Positions 41,576 through 50,965 of a stretch of DNA of 64,000 nt are shown one piece after another (position 1 is the stretch's first letter; every line of letters starts with the position of its first letter). This DNA comes from Opitutales bacterium. Its GTDB lineage: Bacteria; Verrucomicrobiota; Verrucomicrobiia; Opitutales; PNEW01. The stretch spans positions 256,001 through 320,000 of the forward strand of contig CBDANS010000007.1 in NCBI GenBank assembly GCA_965197745.1. Direction: 5' to 3'. Made by a program: the position numbers and the translations under genes. The notes under the pieces were generated by a model, which had not been told where the DNA came from, did not search any database, and saw only the letters and a list, made by a program, of their open reading frames with translations.

Positions 41576-42676
41576 TCAGGTCTTATCTCCTTTATGCAAT
41601 GGAGGTATTGCGCGTTCAAGTTTTATCTGATTGCCGCGCAAGTCGACGTAGAGTTTATCCGCATTGATGTCACCGGTGTTGATCAGAGCGGAACCTATGG
41701 GTTGATTTATTATCGGTGACATTGTGCCAGAGACGACCTCACCAACTTGCTCACCCTCAAAGTAGACGGGCGATCCACGGCGCGCGATGCGCCGATCATT
41801 TAACTTAAAATAGATTAATTGTCTTCGAGAACCGTTAGCTTTTTCTTTTTCAAGAGCACTGCGGCCGATAAAATTATCGGCTTTTGAAAATTTAACGGTC
41901 CAACCGAGACCGGCCTCCAGGGGTGAAATAGTATCACTTATTTCATGACCATAAAGCGACAATCCCGCTTCCAGGCGCAGGCTGTCACGCGCGCCGAGTC
42001 CGCATAACTGGAGTCCGTAACTATTTCCCCTTTTATCTAAGGCGCGGGCAACCCTATCAGCATCCTCCGTTTGGCAATAAATTTCGTATCCGTTTTCTCC
42101 CGTGTACCCGGTACGGCTTATCATTACTTCGGCCCCATCAACTTTATCTTCGACTAAACGAAAACGCTTTAGTCTGCTAAGGTCAAAGGTGGTGAATGTA
42201 TTTAATAATGATTCGGCCTTGGGCCCTTGTAAAGCGAGGAGCGCGTATTGAGATGAGACATCATTTACTTCGCATTGATAATTTTCGGCATGCTTAAGCA
42301 TCCATCTTACATCTTTTTCCGTGTTGTCCGCATTAACACAGAGAAAAAAAACATCATATTTGAAACGGTAGATGATGACATCATCGACGACGCTACCGTT
42401 TTCATTGCATAACATGCTGTAAAGGGCTTTACCGTCTATGAGTGATGTAAGATCATTGGTGGCAATATAATTTAAATATTTTTCGGCGTCGACGCCTGAG
42501 ACCTTTACTTCACCCATATGGCTTACATCGAAAAGACCAAGGGATTGGCGAACGGCTCGGTGTTCTTCGAGAATACTTGTGTACTGCACCGGCATTTCCC
42601 AGCCCGCGAAGGGAACAAAACGTGCCCCATTTTCCTCGTGAAATAAGTGCAGTGGCGATTTTTTCAGTTCAGACAT
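41576..42676 (-). CDS. gcvT: Glycine cleavage system aminomethyltransferase T
   Basis: [27 protein letters not shown] and [13 protein letters not shown]. Confidence 0.96.
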   Translation of the reverse strand: MSELKKSPLHLFHEENGARFVPFAGWEMPVQYTSILEEHRAVRQSLGLFDVSHMGEVKVSGVDAEKYLNYIATNDLTSLIDGKALYSMLCNENGSVVDDVIIYRFKYDVFFLCVNADNTEKDVRWMLKHAENYQCEVNDVSSQYALLALQGPKAESLLNTFTTFDLSRLKRFRLVEDKVDGAEVMISRTGYTGENGYEIYCQTEDADRVARALDKRGNSYGLQLCGLGARDSLRLEAGLSLYGHEISDTISPLEAGLGWTVKFSKADNFIGRSALEKEKANGSRRQLIYFKLNDRRIARRGSPVYFEGEQVGEVVSGTMSPIINQPIGSALINTGDINADKLYVDLRGNQIKLERAIPPLHKGDKT

Positions 42677-43160
42677 CTCTTACTCTGTAAGTTCGGTAAA
42701 TTATTGGAAGGGGTGGCACTTTTAAATGTTTCGGATATTCTGAGGTCAAGGATTAAGACAGTATTGCTGTATGATAAATGACATTAGCCGATGTACTGAA
42801 AGTAATTCTTGAAATGTACAGTTATTAATACATATTAAAAGGATTGAAGATAGCCGAATTGATGAAAGTTAACGGATACCGACATCGTTCTTATGACAGG
42901 ATCGGGTTACGGCAAAATAACTCCGGGAGTCGTGATTGCTCATTAATTTCGCAACTAAGAGGAATTGCTGCTATCGTTTAGTCCCGTTAATACCCCTGGG
43001 GTGATTATAAGCGGCATTTGCCCACTGCTATAATCACTATACCCGATTAATGAATACCGTATGGCCAATTTCACCTTAACATAGCATTACAGGAGATTCT
43101 GAATCGCCGACAACGATGTGGGCGCATTTATGGCGATCACACAGTGCGGCGCAAAAATAT

Positions 43161-44261
43161 ATGACCCCATTGATAGTAGCCATAACCTTTACTCTCGGAG
43201 TTTCCGCGTTCTGTTCTTTAATGGAAGCTTTTATTCTCAGTACTACCACCGCGGAAATTGAAAGCCTCAAGCAAAGTTATCCCAAGCGAGGGCACCTTCT
43301 CGATAAATACAAGAATGACATTGAGGAGACAACATCGGCCATTCTTACCCTCAATACCATTGCCAATACCCTGGGTGCCACCCTCGTCGGCGTCCTCGCT
43401 GGTAAACTATTTGATAAGTTCTGGGTAGGTGTTATTTCCGGGGGACTGGTCCTGGGAATACTCATTTTTTCTGAAGTTATTCCGAAAAATCTGGGGGTAA
43501 TTTACCGGAAGCAATTGCAAAAGAATCTTGTTTACCCCTTGCGTATGGTGAGATGGGTAATGATACCGTTCTCTTTCTTATGTAAGTTTTCGGTGCGTCT
43601 TATTATTCGAAAAAAGCCTACCATGAGTACTACGGAGCAAGAGCGTGAAATTTTACTGCTAGCTGAAAAAAGCGCTAAGGAGGGTTCCCTCTCTCACAAT
43701 GAGAGTAATATGATCCATAATGCCCTTAGCCTTGATGACATCCTGATCAGCGACATTATGACGCCGCGTACCGTGGTAACCGCAATGGATCAGAATCTTA
43801 CAATCGAGAATGTCTTTCGAAACCATAAAAATATACCCTTTGCGCGCATCCCCGTTTACGATGAGACGATCGATAATATTGTAGGCGTTGTTCGCCGCCG
43901 TGATCTTCTTCAGGCGCGTGCGGATGACCGTGATAACGTGACCGTTGCCGAACTGAAAGGGGAGGGCATCTTTGTCCCTGAAACCGCAAACGCGGCTGAC
44001 GCGCTGCAGCTGTTTCTCAAAAATCACCAGCAGCTGGGGGTGGTCGTCGATGAGTTTGGATCAACCGCGGGTGTTGTTGCGATGGAAGACATCGTGGAGC
44101 ATATTCTCGGGCGTGAAATTTATGAAGAATCGGATATCGCGGTTGATATGCGGGCATTGGCACGCAGTAAAGCGCGAAATAATGAGCAAAATACACCCGA
44201 AGACAAAGCACGTCTTCCTCGTAGAACTAATCCGGCGACTATTCGTCGTCCGGCATCTTAA
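43161..44261 (+). CDS. CNNM/DUF21 plus CBS-pair protein (hemolysin/CorC-like)
   Basis: CSLMEAF, ILTLNTIAN, SEVIPK, IMTPR and VVDEFG; start taken at ATG 43161. Confidence 0.9.
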   Translation: MTPLIVAITFTLGVSAFCSLMEAFILSTTTAEIESLKQSYPKRGHLLDKYKNDIEETTSAILTLNTIANTLGATLVGVLAGKLFDKFWVGVISGGLVLGILIFSEVIPKNLGVIYRKQLQKNLVYPLRMVRWVMIPFSFLCKFSVRLIIRKKPTMSTTEQEREILLLAEKSAKEGSLSHNESNMIHNALSLDDILISDIMTPRTVVTAMDQNLTIENVFRNHKNIPFARIPVYDETIDNIVGVVRRRDLLQARADDRDNVTVAELKGEGIFVPETANAADALQLFLKNHQQLGVVVDEFGSTAGVVAMEDIVEHILGREIYEESDIAVDMRALARSKARNNEQNTPEDKARLPRRTNPATIRRPAS

Positions 44262-44285
44262 AAATCATTTTATTTAAAGTATAGG

Positions 44286-45128
44286 GTGCCAGCGACAAAT
44301 CCAGGTGGAGCGCCGGATTACTGGGTGCATGATTTGGACCCTTTCCTATTGCGGTTCAGTGAAAATTTTGGACTGCGCTGGTATGGATTCTCCTACATTC
44401 TGGGATTTGTCGCCGCCTATTTTCTACTGCGGCTATACTATCGTAACAACCGGTCGCCCTGGAATGCCGACCAGTCTCTCAATGCGATATACGCTATAGC
44501 TATCGGTATCATTATCGGAGGTCGGGTCGGCTACGTCTTACTCTATGATTTTCAGAATTTCGTTCATAATCCTTTATCATTATTCAAAGTCTGGGAAGGG
44601 GGTATGGCCAGTCATGGAGGATTTATCGGCCTGGCGCTTGCTCTTATATGGTTGGCGCGTAATACTGAGATCTCATTTCTCAAAGCAAGTGATATAATCG
44701 TTACCCTGGCCCCTCCAGGTCTGTTCTTCGGAAGGATAGCTAATTTTATTAACGGTGAACTCTGGGGTAAAATAACCGATGTATCCTGGGCCGTCAAATT
44801 TCCCGCGAGTGCGCCACCTGGAACGCCGATTGAACTCATCTCCCCACGGCATCCTTCCCAATTATACGAAGCCGCACTCGAAGGTTTGTTCCTTTTAATC
44901 TACACGCAAGTTCGTTTCTGGTGGGGCAAGTCCGACAAAACGCATGACGGTCAAATCTGTGGTGAATTTTTACTTCTTTACGCCATCGTTCGGATCATCG
45001 GTGAACAGTTCCGCGAACCCGATGCCGGCCTCATCCTCGGTCTCAGCCGTGGTGTGTTTTATTCTCTCTTTCTCGCCCTGGCGGGAATTGGATTTATCCT
45101 TGTCGCCCGCAGAAGAACAAGAAGTTAA
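44286..45128 (+). CDS. lgt: Prolipoprotein diacylglyceryl transferase
   Basis: RWYG, GGMASHGG, GRIANFINGELWG and RHPSQLYEA. Confidence 0.96.
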   Translation: MPATNPGGAPDYWVHDLDPFLLRFSENFGLRWYGFSYILGFVAAYFLLRLYYRNNRSPWNADQSLNAIYAIAIGIIIGGRVGYVLLYDFQNFVHNPLSLFKVWEGGMASHGGFIGLALALIWLARNTEISFLKASDIIVTLAPPGLFFGRIANFINGELWGKITDVSWAVKFPASAPPGTPIELISPRHPSQLYEAALEGLFLLIYTQVRFWWGKSDKTHDGQICGEFLLLYAIVRIIGEQFREPDAGLILGLSRGVFYSLFLALAGIGFILVARRRTRS

Positions 45129-45150
45129 CCGCAGAAGAACAAGAAGTTAA
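45107..45150 (+). repeat. Perfect 22-bp tandem duplication of the lgt 3' end including its stop codon
   Basis: CCGCAGAAGAACAAGAAGTTAA at 45107-45128 and 45129-45150. Confidence 0.9.
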
Positions 45151-45456
45151 CCGCAGAGGCACAGAGAGTGAAAAGACAGAATAGCCACAAAAGGCACAAG
45201 AAAGAGATTTTTAAAAAGTAAGAATTACACCCGTTGTCATTGAGAGGATCCCGCAAGTGCGGGGACGCGGCAATCCAGGAAGACGGATGACAATTACCGA
45301 TTCAGCTTAAAGATTATTAACCGCGGAAAACACGGATTAATACGGATGTTTAAATATTTACTATAAAATTCGCACAAAACGAATGTGACTCTATACACTA
45401 TGGACCCCGTTTCCATTTTTGAGAAACTTATCCGCGTGATCTGTGTAATCCGCGGT
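45151..45456. repeat. Cluster of REP-like palindromic and inverted repeats
   Basis: CCGCAGAGGCACAGAG (45151); ATAGCCACAAAAGGCACAAGAAAGA (45181); GTCATTGAGAGG...GCGGCAATCC with internal hairpin (45236-45278); imperfect inverted pair ACCGCGGA...CGGAT at 45320-45347 / 45430-45456. Confidence 0.6.
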
Positions 45457-45463
45457 AATCTCT

Positions 45464-46914
45464 TCAGCATCTGCGGCGGAAACGCCAGAAGATTAAGAGA
45501 CAACCCATTCCCATCAGGGCCCAGGTGGAGGGTTCGGGGACAACCGTAAGGGAGAGTGTCCCAAATTCATCGTCATAGAAAGGCTGGAAAAAATTGCCGG
45601 GATTTAATGAGGATCCACCCACATCCACTGTGATGTTGTCGAATGCACCCGACCTCGTTCCGTCCCAGGATATGGCAAGAATATTGTCACCAATCAGGGG
45701 CACGTAATCTTCGAGAAAAACATTAAGCGTGCCGCTTGAAAATGTCAGGTCACCGGATCCGGTATCATCGAGAATGCGTAAAAAATTAGCGCCCGGGCCC
45801 TCACCTGAATCGAAAACAGTGATATCTAAAAAACTACCGGCATTGAAGGTAACACTTCCATCCACTCTTAAATTAAAGCTTTGATCGACAGTGATTTGTC
45901 CTGAGTTCATGATATCGCTTATGATGAGACCTCCTCCTTCTAATTCCCCCAGTGATCCGACCGTGATACTGTCGGCAATTAAAGTGCTTTGATCATATAC
46001 TCCCAAAAATCCCTCTCCAAGGTTACCCACATAAATATCATTTATCATTAAAGTTGATCCACCACTGGCTGAGGCATCATCTACTACAAGCTCGGAAGCG
46101 ACACTACTCGCCTGGTTGCCTATAATTACAGACGCATCGATAGTAGGAGTAGCGGTATTATGGACGTGGAAGGTTCCCTGCCCGGCATCTCCGACAATGA
46201 TCGAACCCTCTCTGATGGCTGGCTTACCTGGGTCCCCATATGAAGCTGGGAACCTGCTCCATCAATGGCAAACTTGCCGTCTGACCCCGAGTTTACGCCC
46301 AGGGTTAAAGTACTCGTATTGATCACTTCAACCAAGCCTCCATCGATTATATCGACAAGCCCGAATTCGTTAATACCGATGTTCAAATCGTTGGCGGTAA
46401 AAATGGAACCGGTATTGTAAACATTAACAATACTCGGACCATCTACGCCGATATCAGCAGTATTTGTGATATTTAAAATGCCCGTTGATGACACACCGTC
46501 TCCAATATCGAGTTGGCTGTAAGTCGAATTGAAGTTACTTGAGGTGTCCAGGCTGCTTGCGTTTACCGTTCCATTCTTAATTAGCAGGGTAGCAGTATCC
46601 TCGTCATTGTGAGCGAGGGACAGGGAATTATTTAAGGTCAATGTATTAGTCGATAAATCAAAAGTGACAAAATCATTTTCAACTTCGAGACTGTGGACCG
46701 TGGGACTGGAACTGAAGGAAACGGTATAGGATGAACCAAGATCAAATTCTCCGACAACACTGGTATTGGGAACACCAAAATTCCAATTGGATCCGTTGCT
46801 GAAATCGCCACCTGAGGTGTTAGTCCAATTAGTATTTGAAACGGATGCTTGCGTTGAAAACCAACCCAAGCATAGAAAAACAGGTAGGAACGCAATTACT
46901 TTCAGCTTCAACAT
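45464..46914 (-). pseudogene. PEP-CTERM surface protein paralog A, frameshifted (+2, extra GA at about 46208-46213)
   Basis: Signal peptide and Gly-rich beta repeats in 46126-46914; VPEPSTWALMGMGCLLIFWRFRRR in 45464-46048. Removing 2 nt restores SEGSIIVGDAG, matching paralog B. Confidence 0.85.
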
Positions 46915-47178
46915 GAGATCAACAGGTAGGTGTAAATTTCAATTAACACCCTATAAAAGATATGGTTTGAAGACAAGCTTAATCGGGGCTGTCCATTGCT
47001 GATTTTCGATTGTCGATTTAACACAACGGATTTAACAGTGTGTAAACTCAGTTTGGTCAATCTTTTGATCAATGTAATCCGTAAAATCCGTGGTAAATGG
47101 ATAGATAGCCACGGAGACCTGAATAGAGCTTATAACAACAATTACCCTGAAAAGTAATCGTTTCCAGTTTTTTAAATC

Positions 47179-48461
47179 TCAGCTTCTGCGGCGGAAACGC
47201 CAGAAGATTAAGAGACAACCCATTCCCATCAGGGCCCAGGTGGAGGGTTCGGGGACAACCGTAAGGGAGAGTGCCCCAAATTCATCGTCATAGAAAGGTG
47301 AAAAAAAATGTCCGGGTGACAATGAAAGCCCTTCAAAATCTACTGTGATGTCCCCGAAGGTTCCCGTTCTTAATCCTTCCCAGAAGAGGACATCGAAACT
47401 ATCGCCAATTTCAGGTACCACATCGGAGATAAATAGATTGAGCGTTCCACTCGAAAAAGTTAAGTCACCGCTGCCATTAGAATCTATAATATCTAAGTTG
47501 TTAGAGCTGAGTCCCTCATCTTGAAAGATAACAATATTCAAAACACTGCCAGCTTTAAAGTCGACGCTTCCATCAATGGTCAGTCCAAAAAACATACTCA
47601 TTGGGGTGATTTCGCCAAATATGTCAACGTCGCTTCTGATCGTGCTATCACCTTCAATACTACCTAGAGATCCAACCGTGATACTATCAGCGATTAGCAG
47701 GCTACTATCAAATACCCCCAGGAGACCCTCACCCAGGTTACCAACCGTAATATCATTTACCGTTAATGTGGATCCACCGCTGAATGTTTGATCATCCACA
47801 ACAAGCTCGGAAGCGACGCTGCTCGCCTGGTTGCCGATGCATCGATGGTAGGGGTTGCGGTATTGTGCACATGAAAAGTTCCCCGCCCGGCATCTCCGAC
47901 AATGATTGATCCCTCTGAACCTCCACCAACCTGGGTGCCCATCAGCAGTTGAGAGCCTGTGCCGTCAATAGCCAACTTGCCATCTGACCCGGTATTCAAG
48001 CCGAGAGTTACGGTGAGAGGACTGGAAATTTCCACCGTTGCGCCGTTAAAAATATCAACTAAAGCCGTCCCTGAAACCCCGGAATTCAAGTTGCTGGTTT
48101 GGAGGGTGCCATTTATAAGCGTAAGATTCGCAATATCCGAAGCGGTTAAGCCGAGATCTGTGTCATTGGTTACGGTCAGGGTGTTGTCATCGAAAAGATC
48201 AAAAATAACAGAGGTGTCAATGATATCTAAATTGTTCACGGTGTGATCCGACATGATTGACACCACCGGGGTAGAGGTCGGTTCAACATTAAAAACGACA
48301 TTAACGGAACTGGTAGGAACGACAGCATTAGACCAATTACTGCCCGTATCAAAATCACCTCCAGATGCGCTGATCCAAGTCCCATTCGGTAAGGATGCCA
48401 AACCGTTATTCAAGGACAAGCTGAGAAGAACAGAGAGTGCTACTAAGAATTTCAGCTTCAT
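47179..48461 (-). pseudogene. PEP-CTERM surface protein paralog B, frameshifted (10-bp deletion at 47835/47836)
   Basis: Aligned to A, GATGCGTC[TGTAATTATA]GGCAAC becomes GATGCATCGGCAAC in B; the C-terminal VPEP-TM-RRR lies in ORF 47179-47799. Confidence 0.85.
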
Positions 48462-48669
48462 GTATGATCAATTAATATGCCGGAAAATAATTTGCTGTAG
48501 CGATAGTAGCTACAGCAATTACTGTAAAACAATAATAATAACTCTATATTATCTATTGTATAATGACAAGATTAAACGCCATTCAGATACGCTATTAACC
48601 GCTGAATTACTGGACTCAGACAGCATTAAGAGGAGGGGTAAGTGACAGGGGCACGCCCTCTCTTATTTG

Positions 48670-48694
48670 TCTTTCTTGTGCCTCTTGTAGCTAT
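48670..48694 (-). repeat. Inverted copy of the 45181-45205 repeat
   Basis: TCTTTCTTGTGCCTCTTGTAGCTAT is the reverse complement of 45181-45205 at 23/25 positions. Confidence 0.7.
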
Positions 48695-48724
48695 ACTAAT
48701 CTCTCAGTTTCTCCTTCGAAGTCG

Positions 48725-50233
48725 TCAGAGGACGAGGAGGCAGCCCATCCCCATCAGCGCCCAGGTCGAGGGCTCGGGGACAACTACGAGGTCGAGAGAG
48801 TTGGCATTGTAAACAGGGGTAAAAAACAGATTACCATCATCAAAACCAAACTCGTCATCGACGGAACCGAATTGACCGGTCAGCGTCCCGGTCCAGGTGA
48901 GCACCGTAAATATATCACCAAATTGGGGCAATGTTCCACCGAGGAGATCTATTTCCAATGAACCGCTCGAGAAAGACAAGTTACCGGTGACATTTAATAC
49001 ACTCCAGTCAATGGCATCTAAGATGGAAACCTCGTAAGTACTTCCGGATTCAAACACAAGATTGTTCACGACATCGAGTGGCCATGTTGTATCAGGCGCA
49101 ATGGTGCCGAAATTGTGAAAGGTATCAAAATCGGTGTTTATTTTACCTGCTCCTTTAATTTCACCGTAATTTATTAAATCACCAACTACTTGTAATTCCG
49201 ATTGATTACCACCTGCTGTAAACATTTCTATGACTCCATTCGTCCCGACTGTTACCTCATTGCCATAAAGAGTTCCATCGTAATGTATATTAACCTGGTT
49301 AATGGGACCAGAGGGACCGACTGTGCCCACGAAAATATTATCAGCTTCCATATAACCTCCGGCAGAACCGCCACCATAGATATCTACGGTTCCCTCTCCA
49401 CCCAGACCTACTTGCAGATCGCCGGTAACCCATATACTTGAATTGTCATACAACTCAACGATTCCTGTGCTGCCTGTATCAAAGCCGATAACCATGTCAC
49501 CACCGACATCGACATGTGCAGTATCCGGATAGCCGGTTACTACAAGCGACCCATTTCCGTTGCCTCCGATGATGAAACGGCCCTTAATATCAAGATTCGC
49601 ATTACCTGATTCATTGGTGGCATCAAGGCGAATTTCACCGGTGCTGCTGGCGTTAACACCGACAATCGCATCGTTTCCACTTATATCATTGTTAACAGTG
49701 AATACCGCACCTTCTAATACTTCGAGCAAGCCATCACCTGTAGCGTTACGACCGACATTCAAATCTAAGGTGTCGAAAGTAATCGCATCGATGACATTAA
49801 GATGTGCCATTCCGGAAGTTCCGATTTCTGTAAGAAAATCGACGTCCACTATGCCATTCTTTATGGTCAAATTAGCGTCATCACCAATGTCAGGCGCGAG
49901 GACAAAACTTGCCGATGGACCGGTACTGTCAACGGTCAGGGTTTTCGTGTTCAGATTCATGATTAAAAAATCACTGGGCGCATCAGAATCATGAATTTCC
50001 AGTCGGTCCACGGTGTGGTTCGCAGAAAAAGTTGCCGTGGGTGATGTTGACGGGTTACCATCGAAAATAGCATTTCCGGTAGCATCGGGAACGGTTGAAA
50101 AATCCCAATTGGTACCCGTGTTAAAATCACCGCCGGAAGTGTTAGTCCATATACCGATTGGAATAGATGCCGACGCTGATATCCCGCCCAGGCAGAGAAG
50201 AAGAGGGAGTAAATATAAAGTTCTAACATTCAT
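48725..50233 (-). CDS. PEP-CTERM surface protein paralog C, truncated by a premature TGA that removes the basic tail
   Basis: Signal peptide, WTNTSGGDF and Gly-rich repeats, ending VPEPSTWALMGMGCLLVL-TGA-RLRRRN-TGA (second stop at 48704-48706). Confidence 0.85.
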   Translation of the reverse strand: MNVRTLYLLPLLLCLGGISASASIPIGIWTNTSGGDFNTGTNWDFSTVPDATGNAIFDGNPSTSPTATFSANHTVDRLEIHDSDAPSDFLIMNLNTKTLTVDSTGPSASFVLAPDIGDDANLTIKNGIVDVDFLTEIGTSGMAHLNVIDAITFDTLDLNVGRNATGDGLLEVLEGAVFTVNNDISGNDAIVGVNASSTGEIRLDATNESGNANLDIKGRFIIGGNGNGSLVVTGYPDTAHVDVGGDMVIGFDTGSTGIVELYDNSSIWVTGDLQVGLGGEGTVDIYGGGSAGGYMEADNIFVGTVGPSGPINQVNIHYDGTLYGNEVTVGTNGVIEMFTAGGNQSELQVVGDLINYGEIKGAGKINTDFDTFHNFGTIAPDTTWPLDVVNNLVFESGSTYEVSILDAIDWSVLNVTGNLSFSSGSLEIDLLGGTLPQFGDIFTVLTWTGTLTGQFGSVDDEFGFDDGNLFFTPVYNANSLDLVVVPEPSTWALMGMGCLLVL

Positions 50234-50508
50234 AGTGATAAAACAGGAGTTGGAAATAAAACAGGTGTAGTTCCCCATTTGGGGAATAAAATAACCATAT
50301 ATTAACTATCGCGCTATGACAAGATTTTACGTGTTCTCGGGTGTATTTTTTTGGCAACTTTTCACCACGTTCTCCCGGTAAAAAAAATTCTATTACATTG
50401 GAATAATTTTTTGACACCTTCCCCATTTTTGTATTACACCTTGCGGAAATCACACCAAAAAATCGCGTCAACAGTTGACAAAGAGGAATTTAAGTAGATT
50501 TATTAGTT

Positions 50509-50844
50509 ATGAATATTGTCGCATATTTAAAACCGCAATGTGGATGGAGCAGGGGAGTCCGCGCTATTTTTGAAAAGTACAGCCTCGAATACGAGGACAA
50601 GGATATTATTAATAATCCGGATATTTACGCCGAGATGGTGGAAAAAACCAGCCAGCCGTTGGCCCCTTGTGTGGAAGTCGACGGTGTCATGCTTGCTGAT
50701 GTCAGTGGGGAAGAAGTGGAAAATTATCTTCTCAGCAATCAGTTGGTAAAACCATCGGACCATAAAACTGGGGTGCCAACCAATTCAGCCTGCTCAGACG
50801 AAGAGCACGCGAGAATGGGCTCCCAGACAATCCGGTTTTTTTAA
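50509..50844 (+). CDS. Monothiol glutaredoxin-like protein
   Basis: KPQCGWSRG active site and QPLAPCVEVDG (cis-Pro region). Confidence 0.82.
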   Translation: MNIVAYLKPQCGWSRGVRAIFEKYSLEYEDKDIINNPDIYAEMVEKTSQPLAPCVEVDGVMLADVSGEEVENYLLSNQLVKPSDHKTGVPTNSACSDEEHARMGSQTIRFF

Positions 50845-50965
50845 CAGGCGCTATACGGGGTAACTCCCCACCTTTTTATAAGCCGACCGGGAAGACAAGC
50901 CCGGTCGCTGTTTATACGGAGATAGTAGTAAAGAGGAGTGATTTAATTGAATAGACAGTGGTAAA

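Noticed and set aside
42677..43000. Glycine riboswitch upstream of gcvT
   Set aside because: The characteristic GGAGA / CUCUCAGG-type elements were not found on the minus strand.
45107..45166. CRISPR array
   Set aside because: There are only two adjacent copies, with no spacers and no cas genes.
48725..48727. Genome-wide UGA=Trp recoding (genetic code 4) or selenocysteine
   Set aside because: Many conserved genes here (trpS, rpsA, glyQS, gcvH) end at TGA at their expected length, and Trp is encoded by TGG throughout. The position is a Trp site, not a Cys site.
45464..50233. Diversity-generating retroelement or invertase shufflon acting on the PEP-CTERM array
   Set aside because: No reverse transcriptase or recombinase is in the window, and the 120-bp repeats differ at only two sites, too few to show adenine-specific mutagenesis.
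50884..50907. Hairpin CGACCGGG/CCCGGTCG between grx and gltB as a terminator or riboswitch
   Set aside because: The U-tract is weak and there are no recognisable aptamer features; evidence is insufficient.
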